A stretch of DNA of 58,114 bases, taken from NCBI RefSeq assembly GCF_001447785.1, contig NW_015169198.1, positions 359,130 to 417,243 of the forward strand. The letters run 5' to 3'. The notes under the pieces were generated by a model. It searched no databases, was not told where the DNA came from, and was given only the letters and a program-made list of their open reading frames with translations. The position numbers and the translations under genes were made by a program. Source of the DNA: Gekko japonicus (Eukaryota). Shown piece by piece: positions 37,192 through 49,490 of the stretch; the stretch's first letter is position 1, and each line of letters begins with the position of its first letter.

Positions 37192-38136
37192 ATTTGAGCC
37201 AGAATTTCCATTATGCACACTCCTGTGGCATATACATCTTGGTGTCTACATGAGGGGAAAAGAGAGTAAACATTTGCAGGGGAGAGGGCCATATAGACAG
37301 AGAATATGATATACAACAGCAGTAAGTTCAGAGCCTGTGTGCCAGGATATGCATCTGCCCAGTAAAAATAACTTTTGACTGAACAAGGGGCACTGGAACC
37401 CTCATGTCTCAAACCCACAATCTGACATCCACAAAAGAAAGCAGCCACCCAGGAGTCTAGTATACTGTGTGCTTCTTCAAACTTATGTGTACCCAGCTAC
37501 ATAAACCAGACTGAGGTGGTTTCATGTGGAGTTGTGGCTCTGTGGGACACTAGAGACTTAGTACTATGATGTCTCACTTGTAATTCCTGGATGCAGCCTT
37601 CTAGCAGAAAAAGTGGGAAGATAAACATACCTAAAACAGTGCAGCACCATAGCTAACAGGAGTGAGTAGAACAATCCCATTAAGGTAACGGTCTGTAATT
37701 TTATCAGCCATCCCCCAAACTAGCCACAGCTTCCCAATGTGCCTAGAAAAGATGCACAACAGACAGAGCAAGAACAGGTATAGCTTTTCCCATCAATTCA
37801 ACTCCATGCATGATACATCATAGTCATACACTCTTGAAAGACACTGAAACTCTGAAAGGACAAAGGTAGCAATCCGACCTAGTAATACCTGACTTCCCAT
37901 AGTTCACAGCTACTTCCAGTATTTCTGTTGGTCTTGCTTATGGTTTGCAATTTACAGTGGGACTGGAAAGGAAAGGTGAAACCTCTTCTGAACTTCAGAG
38001 GCAGCAGCCTTGGGAGAGAAAAGAGAAATGTTTGGAATGTTGTCAGCAGTTGATACTTCCTGTGACAGGGTGCTTAGTGAAGGCTGGAATGTGACAGTGC
38101 CATGCCTTCCAAAACAAAGGTACTGGAGCTCCCGGT

Positions 38137-38246
38137 CTCCCAGCAACGCTGCTGGATGCCGGGGGGCTGTTTTGCTGCCCTGGAGGAGACCCCTCCCAGC
38201 AATGCTGCTGGATGCCAGGGGCTGTTTTGCTGCCCTGGAGGAGACC
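38137..38246. repeat. Two tandem copies of a ~55-bp GC-rich unit
   Basis: CTCCCAGCAA(C/T)GCTGCTGGATGCC...CCCTGGAGGAGACC repeated twice. Confidence 0.9.
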
Positions 38247-39244
38247 GGGGAAGCAACAGTAACCATGATGCAACGCGTCATAATTTGGGCAGGGGGCAGA
38301 GCCGGCCCTGTTAGACAGCTGGGCTCCGCTTCCGCCCAAACAGTTGGAATTCATGCTCGGACTGAGTAGCAGCTCTGAGCATGACACAGGAAGAAACAGC
38401 AGGCTGGGGCCTTTGTTGCAGGCTTTGGGCCCGGCGGGAGGTTGGAGGCAGCAACAGAGGTCCGGGAGAGGCGGTAGCTAGTGCCTGGCATGTGGTGGCG
38501 GCAGCGCTCTTTGTCCTCTGCAGGGCCTCTGCAAAATTCCTATATTGTACAATCAGAAGACGAGGCTTAAATAGCCAAGTGTAAGTGACTGATGCATCTT
38601 AGTATTTTGCTGTATTTCCATAATGTTTTGTGCTTTCAGTGTCAATAAAGGTTTTTTTGTGTGTGGGAGGCTTGCAGCTGCAGGGTGGCTTGCCGCGGTG
38701 CCTCACCATCTTGTTTTAAAACAACAACAACACACACACAAACACGTGCCCCCCCTTTAGGCTAAAAAGGAACATTAGAGGGCGTGGGGTGTGGGTGGCT
38801 GCAGTTGGTGAGGCTGCTTAGTGCCACCCCCCTCATACGTTTTCCCCATAGTATGGCGGCCTGCTCGTCAGGGCCTTTCTCTTAGCCCCCTCTCCTTCCT
38901 TCTATATTTGCATTTTGGCACCGGGGGCTGGGTGACTGATAACTATCCCCCCTCCTGTTCAATTGGGGGGGGGGTTCCCGTTATTGGGCCAGGGCTCATA
39001 GGCCTTCCTTGCAACCTGCCTCTCCAGTGGTGGCCATTTTGTGGTGGTGCCCAGTGGTGAGTGGCAGCAGCCATTTTGTTGTGCGGAGCCAATTTTTGTG
39101 AATGGTGGCCATTTTATATTGGAAATAAAAAATAAATACGGGGGGAGGAACATGGGAAAACACTTTACCTCTTGCTTTTGGTATAGAAGTGATGCTGGTT
39201 CCAGCAAAGTGTTCTTGGTCGGGGGACTGGCAACAGGGTAGGGC

Positions 39245-39520
39245 CTCTGCAGTGTAGCTGTTGAGTGTGTAGTCTCTAATTTGGGAGAACAGGGATTGAT
39301 TCCCTGCTCCTCCACGTGCAGCTGCTGGATGACCTTGGGCAAGCCATGGTTCTGACAGAGCTGTTCTTTAAAGAGCAGTTCGCAAAAGAGCTCTCTCAGC
39401 CCCACCTACTTTGCAGGGTGCCTGTTGTGGGGAGGGGGAGGGAAAGGAGTTTGTGGGACACTTTAAGGCTCTGAGGGAGGGGCAGGGTATACATCCTATC
39501 TCCTCCTTCCTTTCTCCGTC
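39245..39520 (+). mobile_element. Squam3-like SINE (decayed)
   Basis: Core GCTGCTGGATGACCTTGGGCAAGCCA...CTCTCTCAGCCCCACCTAC. Confidence 0.8.
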
Positions 39521-39598
39521 TGCTGTTGCTGGCATGGTTTTTAAGGTAGGATTTATAAGGGAACTAATCTATGCAATAACTACCTTGAGGGCATTTTG

Positions 39599-39780
39599 GG
39601 AAGAGATGTGTCTCAGTGAGAAACCATCTGCTTGGCCTGCAGATGGTCCCAGGTTCAATCCTCAGCCTCGTTAGTTAAAGGATTTGGCAGTAGGTGATAT
39701 GAAAGACCTCTGCCTAAGACCTGGAGAGCCTTTGCCAGTTTGAGTAGACAATACTCAATTTATCAAGCTTTAACGTGTAC
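39599..39780 (+). mobile_element. Squam2-like tRNA-derived SINE
   Basis: CTCAGTG...GGTCCCAGGTTCAATCC (B box)...CTGGAGAGCC..TGCCAGT...GTAGACAATACT. Confidence 0.65.
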
Positions 39781-39892
39781 AGCGCTATCGAGGGGGGCTA
39801 TTCCTTATGAAGAATAACAACGGTTTACCTACTTATTGCAGCAGGGCTTATTTATATATGAGACTGTAGACAGGAATTTCTATTCTGCAAGT

Positions 39893-40168
39893 TGTAAGGC
39901 TTCAGGGGTACGAGCTCCTAGGTGGCAACCAGTTTGCTCGGCTGCTGGTTGCGAGCCAGACCGCTGGCTCAAGACTGGAACTGGGTGACCCACCCATGAA
40001 AAAGGCAAGGAGGTTGGTCAGGGAGTGACGACTGCCTTGCCTGTTCTGTGTTCTCTTAGATGGTCCCTTGCCGCAATGTTATGTTAAATAGTTAATAAAG
40101 TGGTCCTTGTTTACTTCCAAACTGTTGTCTGTCTAGTTATTCCAACTGGGGGGGGGGGCAAATCCTTC
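39893..40168 (+). mobile_element. LTR-like or DIRS/Ngaro-like terminal repeat fragment
   Basis: Starts TGTAAG. AATAAAGTGGTCC followed by a GT-rich tract and a G-run. CpGs retained. Confidence 0.4.
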
Positions 40169-41049
40169 AAAGACTGCACTGTTAGAGATTGAAAATGAGT
40201 GACATTGTCTGGGTGTTCTTCAAGTCCCCATGATGGCCCCTCTCCTATCCCTGTTTGATGGTTTGCCTGTTGGTGGCATGGTGAAATATATCACCCCACA
40301 ACATTTACAACTTCAGAGAGCAATGTTTCATAAGTATTCTGCTATTGCTCAGGGGTTAACCTGAAACAGCTTTTACAGGTACACCTGAACAGAAGGAAGT
40401 CAATTCATATATCAGTATGGAATAGCCAACAGTAGGGGTCTCCTAGAATAGGTCACCATCAGAAATCAGACTAGTAATTTTCCATAAATCAAAAGGGTTT
40501 GATAGTGATTAAGGAGAAACCATGTCCTTTCCGGAGAAGGAGGAAGGAATGTGGGAGAGGAGAGCCCTGACTGGAAAATATCATGAATGACAGAGGCATA
40601 TTTGGACTAAAGACTGCTCCTCTTCTACTATGCTTATACTCCACCATTTCCACATGTTGTACTGTCAATGCTATGCTAATATCACTGTACAGCTAGGAGA
40701 AGCTTTCATATGGGTTTGTACTCACTTTCCTTGAGAAGTGCATGCAAGCCATGCCACTCTGCTGCAACATTCATTAAGGTAGAGAGTTGTGATTCATGAG
40801 GGAAGTATCAAAAATGATTTCATACCTTTACTGAAGTTGCAATCCTGGGCTGAATGTGTGTGCTGAATTCTATCAGTACAGCTGCAAATTCTATTATTGA
40901 TAAGAGTATGGGCAGCAGAGCACTTTAGTCCCCAAATTCATACCCAAATAGTCCCCTAATAAATATTCATTTCCCATTTGTTGATATTTCCTTTGACAAG
41001 ATGACTGGATGGCGATAGCAGTAGTGCTATCAAAATGTAAGTAATGGAT

Positions 41050-41605
41050 TAGAACATAAGAACATAAGAGTATCGATTAGGCTTGCCAGGTCCCAACGAT
41101 GCTCTGGCAGGGTGTGGGAGGGAACTTTCCGGATGTGGGGAGGAGTGCCACAATGTGCCCATGTCACCAGGAAGTGAAATAGGCATGTCAGGGACATCAC
41201 GCAGTGACACTCTTGTTGTGGGGCAAAACTCTATGGTAGAGTTAGCTACAAATTATAAAGTTTTGCCCCAAAACCAGAGCATTACCACCCGACGTCCCTG
41301 ATGTGCTTACATAACTTCCAGGATATGTAAGCATGTCACAGTTATTTCCAGCTTCTCAGAGGTAAGAGGGGGTAATTTGGGGGAAGAGAAGAGTGCCTGA
41401 AAGTGGGAGATCCCCACCTGGACCAGGGGTCTGGCAACCCTAGAAGCCATGTTGGATCAGGCCAATAGCCCATCCAGTCCAACACTCCATGTCACACAGT
41501 GGCCAAAACCCAGGTGCCATCAGAAGGTCCACCAGTGAGACCAGAACTCCAGAAGCCCTCCCACTGTTGCCCCCCAGCACCAAGGATACAGAGCATCACT
41601 GCAGC
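41050..41605 (-). mobile_element. CR1 3' end, interrupted by a hAT MITE (41078-41442)
   Basis: (AGAACATA)n tail, then GAAGCCATGTTGGATCAGGCCA...CCATCCAGTCCA. MITE ends TAGGCTTGCCAG / CTGGCAACCCTA. Confidence 0.8.
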
Positions 41606-41913
41606 TGAAAACTCTACATTCCCTATCTGAAACCCAAAGGTGGCCTAATAAGTTAGTATTCTGAACTTGTGTTGCTACTGTGGAGTACACTGAGTTCTGT
41701 TATTCTTGGGAACGAGTCAGGTACAACAAAAACAACAAAAACAACCCTTTCATGAATTTTAGTAAAGCTGACAGAATTTTGAGAACAACCTTCTGGGTTG
41801 TCAAGATGTCTTATATTCAGCACAAATGTTACTTCTTCAGATCAGCTAGGGTCCCTGCAGATTTTCACTTTCTAAAATGCTGAGTGGGATATAATATAGT
41901 TTAACTAATATAT

Positions 41914-43570
41914 TTCTTTTTTTTATGCCCCCCGTAGGGGATTATTTTAATCACATTTTCTATAAACTACAACGAAATTAGGGAGGGGATCTACAAACTA
42001 TTGGAGAAAGTAAAGAAAACCTAGTAAAAACCCAAGAGATGGTGGTCATACATACCACATAACAAATTAGCTTTTAACTCCATATTCGATCCATGTCCAT
42101 TGAATGTGGTCATCTAGTAAACAATTTAAACTAAGATAAAAATTTAAACACCACTGTTTCTGACTTCTCGAAAAGCAAAATAAGAAATAATTATACATTG
42201 TAAGATATTTCAGAGTGCAAAACATCTCATTTTTTATATTTTTTTCTTTCTCAAGTGACAGCTTGTCTTCAGGGCTGCTGCCCCCAATTTAGAGTCCTCA
42301 TCTGAAGATGCCACTTGCTCCTTCTTCTTCACTTTCTTTGGTGTTGTCCTCTTCCTCCACTTCTACTTCTCCTGCTGGATGACTACGTTGGGGCAAAAAT
42401 TCATGTGTCTTTTCAACAGAGTCATTTTTTTCTTTCTTGTCCATAAATTTAAAGATTGCACATTCGGGTACAATCCATCTGTAGGGGATGTTGTTCTTCC
42501 GTAAAAATAATACCAAGTCTCTATATTTTCTTCTTTTCCTTCTTATTTTAAATGGAATGTCCTTCAACACTTTTATTTCTTTGTCTTTGATTTTCAAGGG
42601 AGATCCATTTGTCTCTTTGAGAATTTGATCTCTCACTTGTCTTCTGGAGAATCTTATTATAACTTCCCCTGGCAGATTATTCTTTCTTGTAAATTCTAGA
42701 TACGACCTATACATCGTATCAATTTCGCTTTGTAGTATATCCGTTTTTATATCTGCCATAGGGCCTAATACATCACACGTAGTCTGTTTCAGATTCTCTC
42801 CCTTCTCTTCCGGAACACCTTGAAATCTNNNNNNNNNNNNNNNNNNNNNNNNNNNNNNNNNNNNNNNNNNNNNNNNNNNNNNNNNNNNNNNNNNNNNNNN
42901 NNNNNNNNNNNNNNNNNNNNNNNNNNNNNNNNNNNNNNNNNNNNNNNNNNNNNNNNNNNNNNNNNNNNNNNNNNNNNNNNNNNNNNNNNNNNNNNNNNNN
43001 NNNNNNNNNNNNNNNNNNNNNNNNNNNNNNNNNNNNNNNNNNNNNNNNNNNNNNNNNNNNNNNNNNNNNNNNNNNNNNNNNNNNNNNNNNNNNNNNNNNN
43101 NNNNNNNNNNNNNNNNGTTGTTTTTTAAATATTCTTAGTATTGGCATCCACCTCTTTCACTTCTTTTTCAGTTTTTTCCTGTTTTTTTGGCTATCTCAGT
43201 TAATTGGGTTTGCTGTGCATCGAACTTGTGATGCAATGCCATGACTTGTTCCAGCAGAGGGTGCAGTGCTTCCGTCAGCATCTTTTGCAGCTCTATAGTT
43301 GTGTCCTGTCTAGGCACAGAACTCGCTGGGCTGGCAGTTCCAGCAAGAAGCTTAGGTTTCACTTGCTTGACTTTCTCATCCTTCCTCGTGGGTGCCATGT
43401 TTGGGAAATTGTTTACTTGTTGTAAAAAGTTATCACAGTCTCTGGTACTCTTAAATCAGCCTGGTAAGTTCTTAAATGCTTTTTATTTCAGTCCATCTTA
43501 CTTCATTAGCCCGCCCCCCTTTTGTAATAGCTCAAAGTTCACTTAGTTTTTCTTAGCGGGGGAGAGTTCA
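41914..43570 (-). mobile_element. ORF1-only L1 derivative (HAL1-like)
   Basis: ORF1 from 43398 (MAPTRKDEK...) to 42298 (PGEVIIRF...DIPFKIRRKRRKY...YRWIVPE), then about 380 bp and poly(A). No ORF2. Confidence 0.75.
42298..43398 (-). pseudogene. L1 ORF1 protein remnant (spans an N gap)
   Basis: Coiled coil plus RRM/CTD motifs typical of vertebrate L1 ORF1p. Frameshifted. Confidence 0.82.
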
Positions 43571-43571
43571 C

Positions 43572-43780
43572 AAATTTTGTTAGTCTTTAAGGTGCTACTG
43601 GACTCTTGCTCTTCCCTTGCTAGAAATCCAGTCGAATCCGACTCTAGGGTTGCAGTGCTCATCTCTATTTCAAAGCCGAAGAGCCAGCGCTGTCCAAAGA
43701 CATTTCCGTAGTCTTGTGGCTGGCATGACTAAATACCTAGGCGCACGGCTACAGGTGGACTAACACAGCTACCCATCTTT
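43572..43780 (+). mobile_element. Penelope-like terminal fragment split by a Sauria SINE 3' fragment (43615-43748, minus)
   Basis: TTTTGTTAGTCTTTAAGGTGCTACTGGACTC...GACTAACACAGCTACCCATC flanks the reverse complement of AGTCATGCCAGCCAC...GCTCTTCGGC...GAGATGAGCAC...CCCTAGAGTCGG. Confidence 0.7.
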
Positions 43781-43990
43781 ATTTATTTAGGTATTTATGC
43801 TTTTCTCCCCAATGGGAACCCCAAAAAGGTTACAGCATGATTCTCCATTCTGTCCTTACACCAACAACCCTGTGAGATAGGTTAGGCCAAGAGTGTGTGA
43901 CTGGCCCAAGATCACTCAGCAAGATTCCAAGGCAGACTAGGGATTCAAAATTTTGTCCCTCAGATCCTCATCTAGCACACTAACCATTAC
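43780..43990 (-). mobile_element. Older Squam3-like SINE
   Basis: CAACAACCCTGTGAG.TAGGTTAGGC...TGACTGGCCCAAG.TCAC.CAGC core. Confidence 0.7.
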
Positions 43991-45845
43991 CCCGTTTTCC
44001 CCCCACACTGGTGTCTCTGAGTGTCTTACAGAATGAAATACATATAATAATAAAAAGAGTGATTAAATAAAAATAAATAATATATTTTAAAAATTCAACC
44101 TTGCTTCTTTTTTGAGAGTTTAATTAGATAATTCCTATGTCACCTCTCCAATGAACCTGCTTGTGCTAAAGGCCCACACCTTTGGAGGGGCTCTGATTTA
44201 GTGATAGGTAGTTTTATTATTGCTATTGGGTTACGGCTTTTTATTCTGATTTTAATGTAAAAGGTGCAGGGCTGGTTTTGGAAACTGACCAGTCAGCCAC
44301 AGTAAATTCTGGTAAATTATGTAAAATAATAGTGAAATGTGCTCATTTAATGAAGATACTTGATTGGGCTTTAGTTTTATGGCCTCTAAAAATCCTAAGA
44401 ACTGCCAGTAAATATCAACAATCACTAGGCTGCTTACCTTGATGACTGTAAGTGGTATGTACACTCCCAAACATTGTAAACTACTGGTAACGAGGACCTG
44501 TCTTGGTGGTGCTTATGTTACTCTGAGAAGTTCTATGTGTGCAACTGGGATAAGCAACTATAGATAACAAACAAAAAAAAGCAAAATAATGAAAACAGTG
44601 TGGATTGTAAAACAAGCAACTTGCTATTTGTGCAAGCAAGGGTATGCAGCAACAGCTCATATTTATATAAGTTTATTGAATTAAGTTTTAACCTCAGTTT
44701 GTTTGTGACCTCTGTGTTTCTTTGCAGGTGAAGGCATTAAGATTCCTAAGTATACCAAACAGCATTGTGATTCTCTGCAGGTACTGGATGGCAGCCCATT
44801 GATTTGGGTGTTATTTTGCAGTGCAGTCATGCAAAACAATTGTTACACACTAGTGACAGATCATGGAAACCAGAAAACAGTCTCATGTGATTAGGAAAAT
44901 ATGTAAATGTCATAGACCCGTTTATTATGGTCAGAGAGTCTTGGTAACCTAGCATTGTGCTGTTTGTGGTTCAAAAAGTAGGATAAAAACCCTAGGCTTA
45001 GTCTGTCAGACTCTAAGCTGATTCATCTACAGAATTTAAAGTGAGGGAGATGCAACATCTGCCTATAAACCCTGAAAAATGATGTAGACAGAAGAAGAAG
45101 AAGGCAGAAAAGCAGACACTTGAGAAATTTTTCAAGCATGATTCTTTGTCTTCTTGAACTCTGATTTCAAGGTTGCCTAGCAACCAAAGCAGTAACAGCT
45201 GGGACACCCTTGATCTTGTTGTATAAACTATTAAAAATAGGTGATGGAGACTGGCACCATGGAAACAATGACAATTCCAGTGCAGGTGTCTGCAATCCTT
45301 CTTTGCAGGTTAATGTCAGAGGTGAAAATTACAAAACACCTTTCACACTCTAATCTGAAGCTTCAGGGAGGAGGGATTATTAGCTCCAATTTTATTTAAT
45401 CCGAGTGCAATAGTATTACATCATTTTCTAGCTATGACTTCTCATTTCAGTGTTTTAGATAGGTATGGCAGGAGCTGAGAGGCACCCATTGAAATATCAG
45501 CTCATTTTGCTATGGTGAGTTTTTCTCATGAATCTGTTTAATATTTTCACCCTTAATCTCTACTGGATTTTTAAAAGACAACATAGATTTTAAAAGGACA
45601 ACATAATTTAACCCTTACCTCCAGATTATTGCCAATATGATGGTGATTTGTGACTGCCTTCATTTTATGGAGTAATAACTATATCCTTGGCTGAATGAGC
45701 AGCAAAAATAAGGAATGGATTACTTATTGATGATAATTGCAGGCTTTTAAACCAAGTAGTAGGAAGTGGAAATTGTTTTCAGGGCTCTAGACATTTTGTC
45801 CTGTTCCCCAAGTAAAACAGTCTGCTAAAATATTCTGGGCCCTTT

Positions 45846-46262
45846 GAGCCAGTGTAGTGTAGTGGTGTATTATGGTGCTGGAGAAGACTCTTGAGAGTCC
45901 CTTGGACTGCAAGGAGATCAAATCAGTCAATCCTAAAATTAAGCAAGCTCCAGAGCATGATGGAAGACAGGAGGACCTGGCGTGATGTGGCCCATGGGGT
46001 CGCGAAGAGTCAGACTCGATTGTGCAACTGAACAACAACAACAAGCATAGTGGTCAAGAGTGGCAGACTCTAATCTGGAGAATTGGGTTTGATTCCCCAC
46101 TCCTCCTCCACATGAAGCCTGCTAGATGACCTTGGGCCAGTCACAGTTCTCTCAGAATATCAACTCCACCTACCTCACAAGGTGCCTGTTGTGGGGAGAG
46201 GAAGGGAAGAAGATTGTAAGACACTTTGAGACTCCTTAAGGTAGAGAAAAACAGGGTGTGTT
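45846..46262 (+). mobile_element. Squam3-like SINE interrupted by a short BovB
   Basis: GAGCCAGTGTAGTGTAGTGGT|insert|GCATAGTGGTCAAGAGTGGCAGACTCTAATCTGG... Confidence 0.85.
45867..46044 (+). mobile_element. BovB (RTE) short internally deleted copy
   Basis: TGGTGCTGGAGAAGACTCTTGAGAGTCCCTTGGACTGCAAGGAGATC...GGGGTCGCGAAGAGTC...CTGAA(CAA)n. 10-bp TSD GTGTAGTGGT/GCATAGTGGT. Confidence 0.9.
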
Positions 46263-47405
46263 TAAAAAGAAAATCAATCAGTGAAAACAATGCAGTCCTC
46301 TGGTGTGCTCTCAGAAGGTTAGCAAAATGGTCTTGTCTAAGTTTTCAGCAAGCTGTTCAGTTACTGTTATAATTGGCTGATGAGTAGGTTTGGACCTAAC
46401 TAGAATGCCAGGGTTCGATTTCATGGTGTCCTCTGTGAAGATGTGTCACCATTTGTTCTAACTCTTTTTATTCTTCAAGGGTCAAGTGATAACCTAGAGA
46501 AGAAGACCCTTATTGAGAACAATCATATTTGATGCCAAAAGAAAATAGCAATCCCATTTCCTCTCACCACTGTAATTCACAGCTTTGTAATCTATTTTGT
46601 GATATTTCATGGTTTTCCAGAAATTACTGAAAATTTCTAAAATAAGTGATGCCACCTCAGTTGGCCTCTCTGCTTTAGTTCCCAACCTGCTGAAGGGCCT
46701 ATCTGATTCCACCTTGTGGCCCCAACAGATTTGTTGTAACAAGTCTTTGACTCAATTTGTTGTGATCCACCCTGAGCCCATTTGGGAAGGGTGGAATAAA
46801 AATCCCCCCCCAAAAAATAGTGACTGAATGCTTCTTTCCTATATTATGAAGCTGTTTCTTCTAAAATTACATTTTAGTTTGCCTTGTTTAGGTTTATGTC
46901 CTACAAGTGAAGAACACAGTATTCTTCTCAAGGTCATGCTTCTGTAAATGCTGTTTGGAAAATTATTTGTAAATTTGAAAATTATTTGAAAATTCCGTCA
47001 AACACCAGTCAAATACTGTCACACAATTAAGGTGAGGTGTAATAAATTGGATATCCATATAAAATGCCCCTAATTCTGGAGTGATGGATGTTGTTGTAGA
47101 AGCATTGTCGACAGAAAGAACATTTTTATGGGTGACTGGATTTGGAAAACTGGTCTAAGGAGAATTGTTAAATTATCTTTTGATTTCACAGCTAGAAGAG
47201 TATCAGCTATCTGAGGAAGCAGGAAGCGAATGCAGCACTGAAGCCGCCCATGTATAGCTGCTACTCCCTTAACGTGGAATTTTTGTTTTCCTGTGGGACT
47301 ATCACTTTTTTGAAGCGTCTGCTTGCCTGAAGCATCTTATACAAAAGATTGTACTTTATTTGGAATTTGTCTTTTGTTGGATCCTAACCCTTTAAGAAAT
47401 TATAA

Positions 47406-47690
47406 GGAGGAGAGGAGGAGGAGATTGGATTTATACCCCACCCTTCACTACCCAAAGGTGTCTCAGAGCAGCTTACAAACTCCTTTCCCTGCCCCTCCTC
47501 ACAACAGACACCCTGTGAGGTAGGTGGGGCTGAGAGAACTCTTGACAGAAACTGCTCTTTTTCAAGGACAGCTGTGCCAGAGTTATGGCTTGCCCAAGGT
47601 CATCCAGCCACGTGCAAGTGGAGGAGTGGGGAATCAAACCCGGTTCTCCCAGATTAGAGTCAGCACACTTAACCACTACACCAAACTGGC
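47406..47690 (-). mobile_element. Squam3-like SINE
   Basis: Near-identical to 870-1144. Confidence 0.9.
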
Positions 47691-47889
47691 ATTGGAGAAA
47701 TAGTTGAACTGTTAAGAATGGTTAAAATTGTCTTGGATAATACAGTCTTTCTACTTCTGTTCGTAAGTTATTCACGGAGTGTTTGTGTTTTGATAAAACC
47801 ACCTGGAGGCTGGCAACCATATTGTAGATTGTTCAATTACGGTATATCTGATTGGAATTTCTCTCTCTTCTAGAGCAGGAATAGTAACT

Positions 47890-49490
47890 GGAAGGCCTTA
47901 GGCCTTATTTTGTCCCTGGTGCAAATCTATATAGTCTGGATGTAGACAAAGGCCACAGGTCTTTGTTGCTCCTACTGGATCTATCTGCAGCCTTTGATTC
48001 AGTAGATTATATGTTATCCTGATGAGGCATTTGAAACAGAAGTAGGTATCAGGGGATGTCCCATGAACTTGCTTAAATTGTTCTTCATGAATCAAACTCT
48101 GTTGGAGGCTACCTACCTTCAGTGTGGGAGCTGTCGTTATTCAACCTCTATGTAGAGCTTTTAGGAGAAATCATTTGTAGGTTTGGAATTGAATGCCATC
48201 AATATGCTGATGACACCCAACTCTATCTCTTTCTATCCAAATGCCTTCGTAATACTGTAAAGGTCTTGAGCCACTGCCTGAATGCTGCGGGTGAAGGGCT
48301 GAAAGTGACCAAACTGAAACTGAACTCAGACAAATTCAGGTAGGTAGCCCTGCTGGTCTGAAGCAGCAGAACAAAGTTAGAGTCCAGTGGCACCTTTAAG
48401 TAAACCAACATTTTATTAAATGCTTGCACATGAAAGCTTATATCTTGAATAAAATTTTGTTGGTCTTAAGGGTGCCACTAGACTCAAATTTTGTTCTGAA
48501 CTCAGACAAGATAGAAATAGTTCTGGATGGAAGGATGGAGATCTTCAAGGACATTTTGCTCCCCGCTTTTGATGCATTGCAGCTGACTCTTGCTGACTCT
48601 GTCAAGAGTCCCTGGATCCAGCATATCTTTTGTAGAAAGAAGTCAATACAGCTGCAAGAAAGTGCTTTCTACCAACTCAGTCTAGCCTGGACAACGACCA
48701 TCTACCTTCACATGGGTGATCTAGTGACTTGGATCCATGCCATAGTAACGTCATGACTAGACTGCTCTAATTCTCTCTCCATCTACGTTGTTCACCCCCT
48801 CAAAGTCATCTCGGAAACTTCCAGTTGGTACAGAACACTGCAGCTCAGTTACTATCAGAAGCTAGCTGGAACAAGGATATTACTCCCATCCTGCAGTCAC
48901 TCCATTGGCTGTCCGTCAATTACTAGGCTCAAGGTATTGACCACAATGTACAAAGCTCTTCAAGGCCTTCACCCCTCACATCTGCTCTACCTCAGCAGCT
49001 TTGTTTATCAGAATAGGGCTTCCTGTAGGTGCCACTCTGCAAATGGGTAAAATCCCCAACAGCCCATACATGTGTTTCTATGTTGTGGCCCCCACCTTAT
49101 GGAATGGCCTGTCTGATGAGGTCAGAAAGGATCCCACCCACCTGGCTTTCTGTAGATTATGCAAAATTGACTTATTCAAGAGGGCTTTTTTTACACAGGC
49201 AATTAGGTCTGTTACTATAACAAACTGTTTCTGAAAGATGCTTTGGTTAAGGTGTGGGGACAGGCTATACTACTGCAGTCTCTTGCTGTAAGTACGATCC
49301 TCCTATGTTGTGCTAATATGTAAGTATTGTCTCAGCTCTGTTTTCAAATTTCTGCTTGTTTTCAGATTGCTAAAAGGCAAACCTTATTGCTTTGTCTATT
49401 GGATTGTTGGTTGTATTTGGCTTACACTGTGTCATCTGCCTTGAGTGTCAATGAGAGAGGTGGATTATAAATAACATAAATAAAATAATG
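47890..49490 (+). mobile_element. L2 LINE RT to 3' end (decayed)
   Basis: LLDLSAAFD, LFNLYV, CHQYADDTQLYL, KLKLNSDK, LHWLSV and APTLWNGL motifs. (TAAA)n tail. Confidence 0.88.
48334..48495. mobile_element. Palindromic Penelope-like non-autonomous insertion in L2
   Basis: Arms CAGAACAAAGTTAGAGTCCAGTGGCACC / GGTGCCACTAGACTCAAATTTTGTTCTG. 14-bp duplication CTGAACTCAGACAA at 48320-48333 and 48496-48509. Confidence 0.78.
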
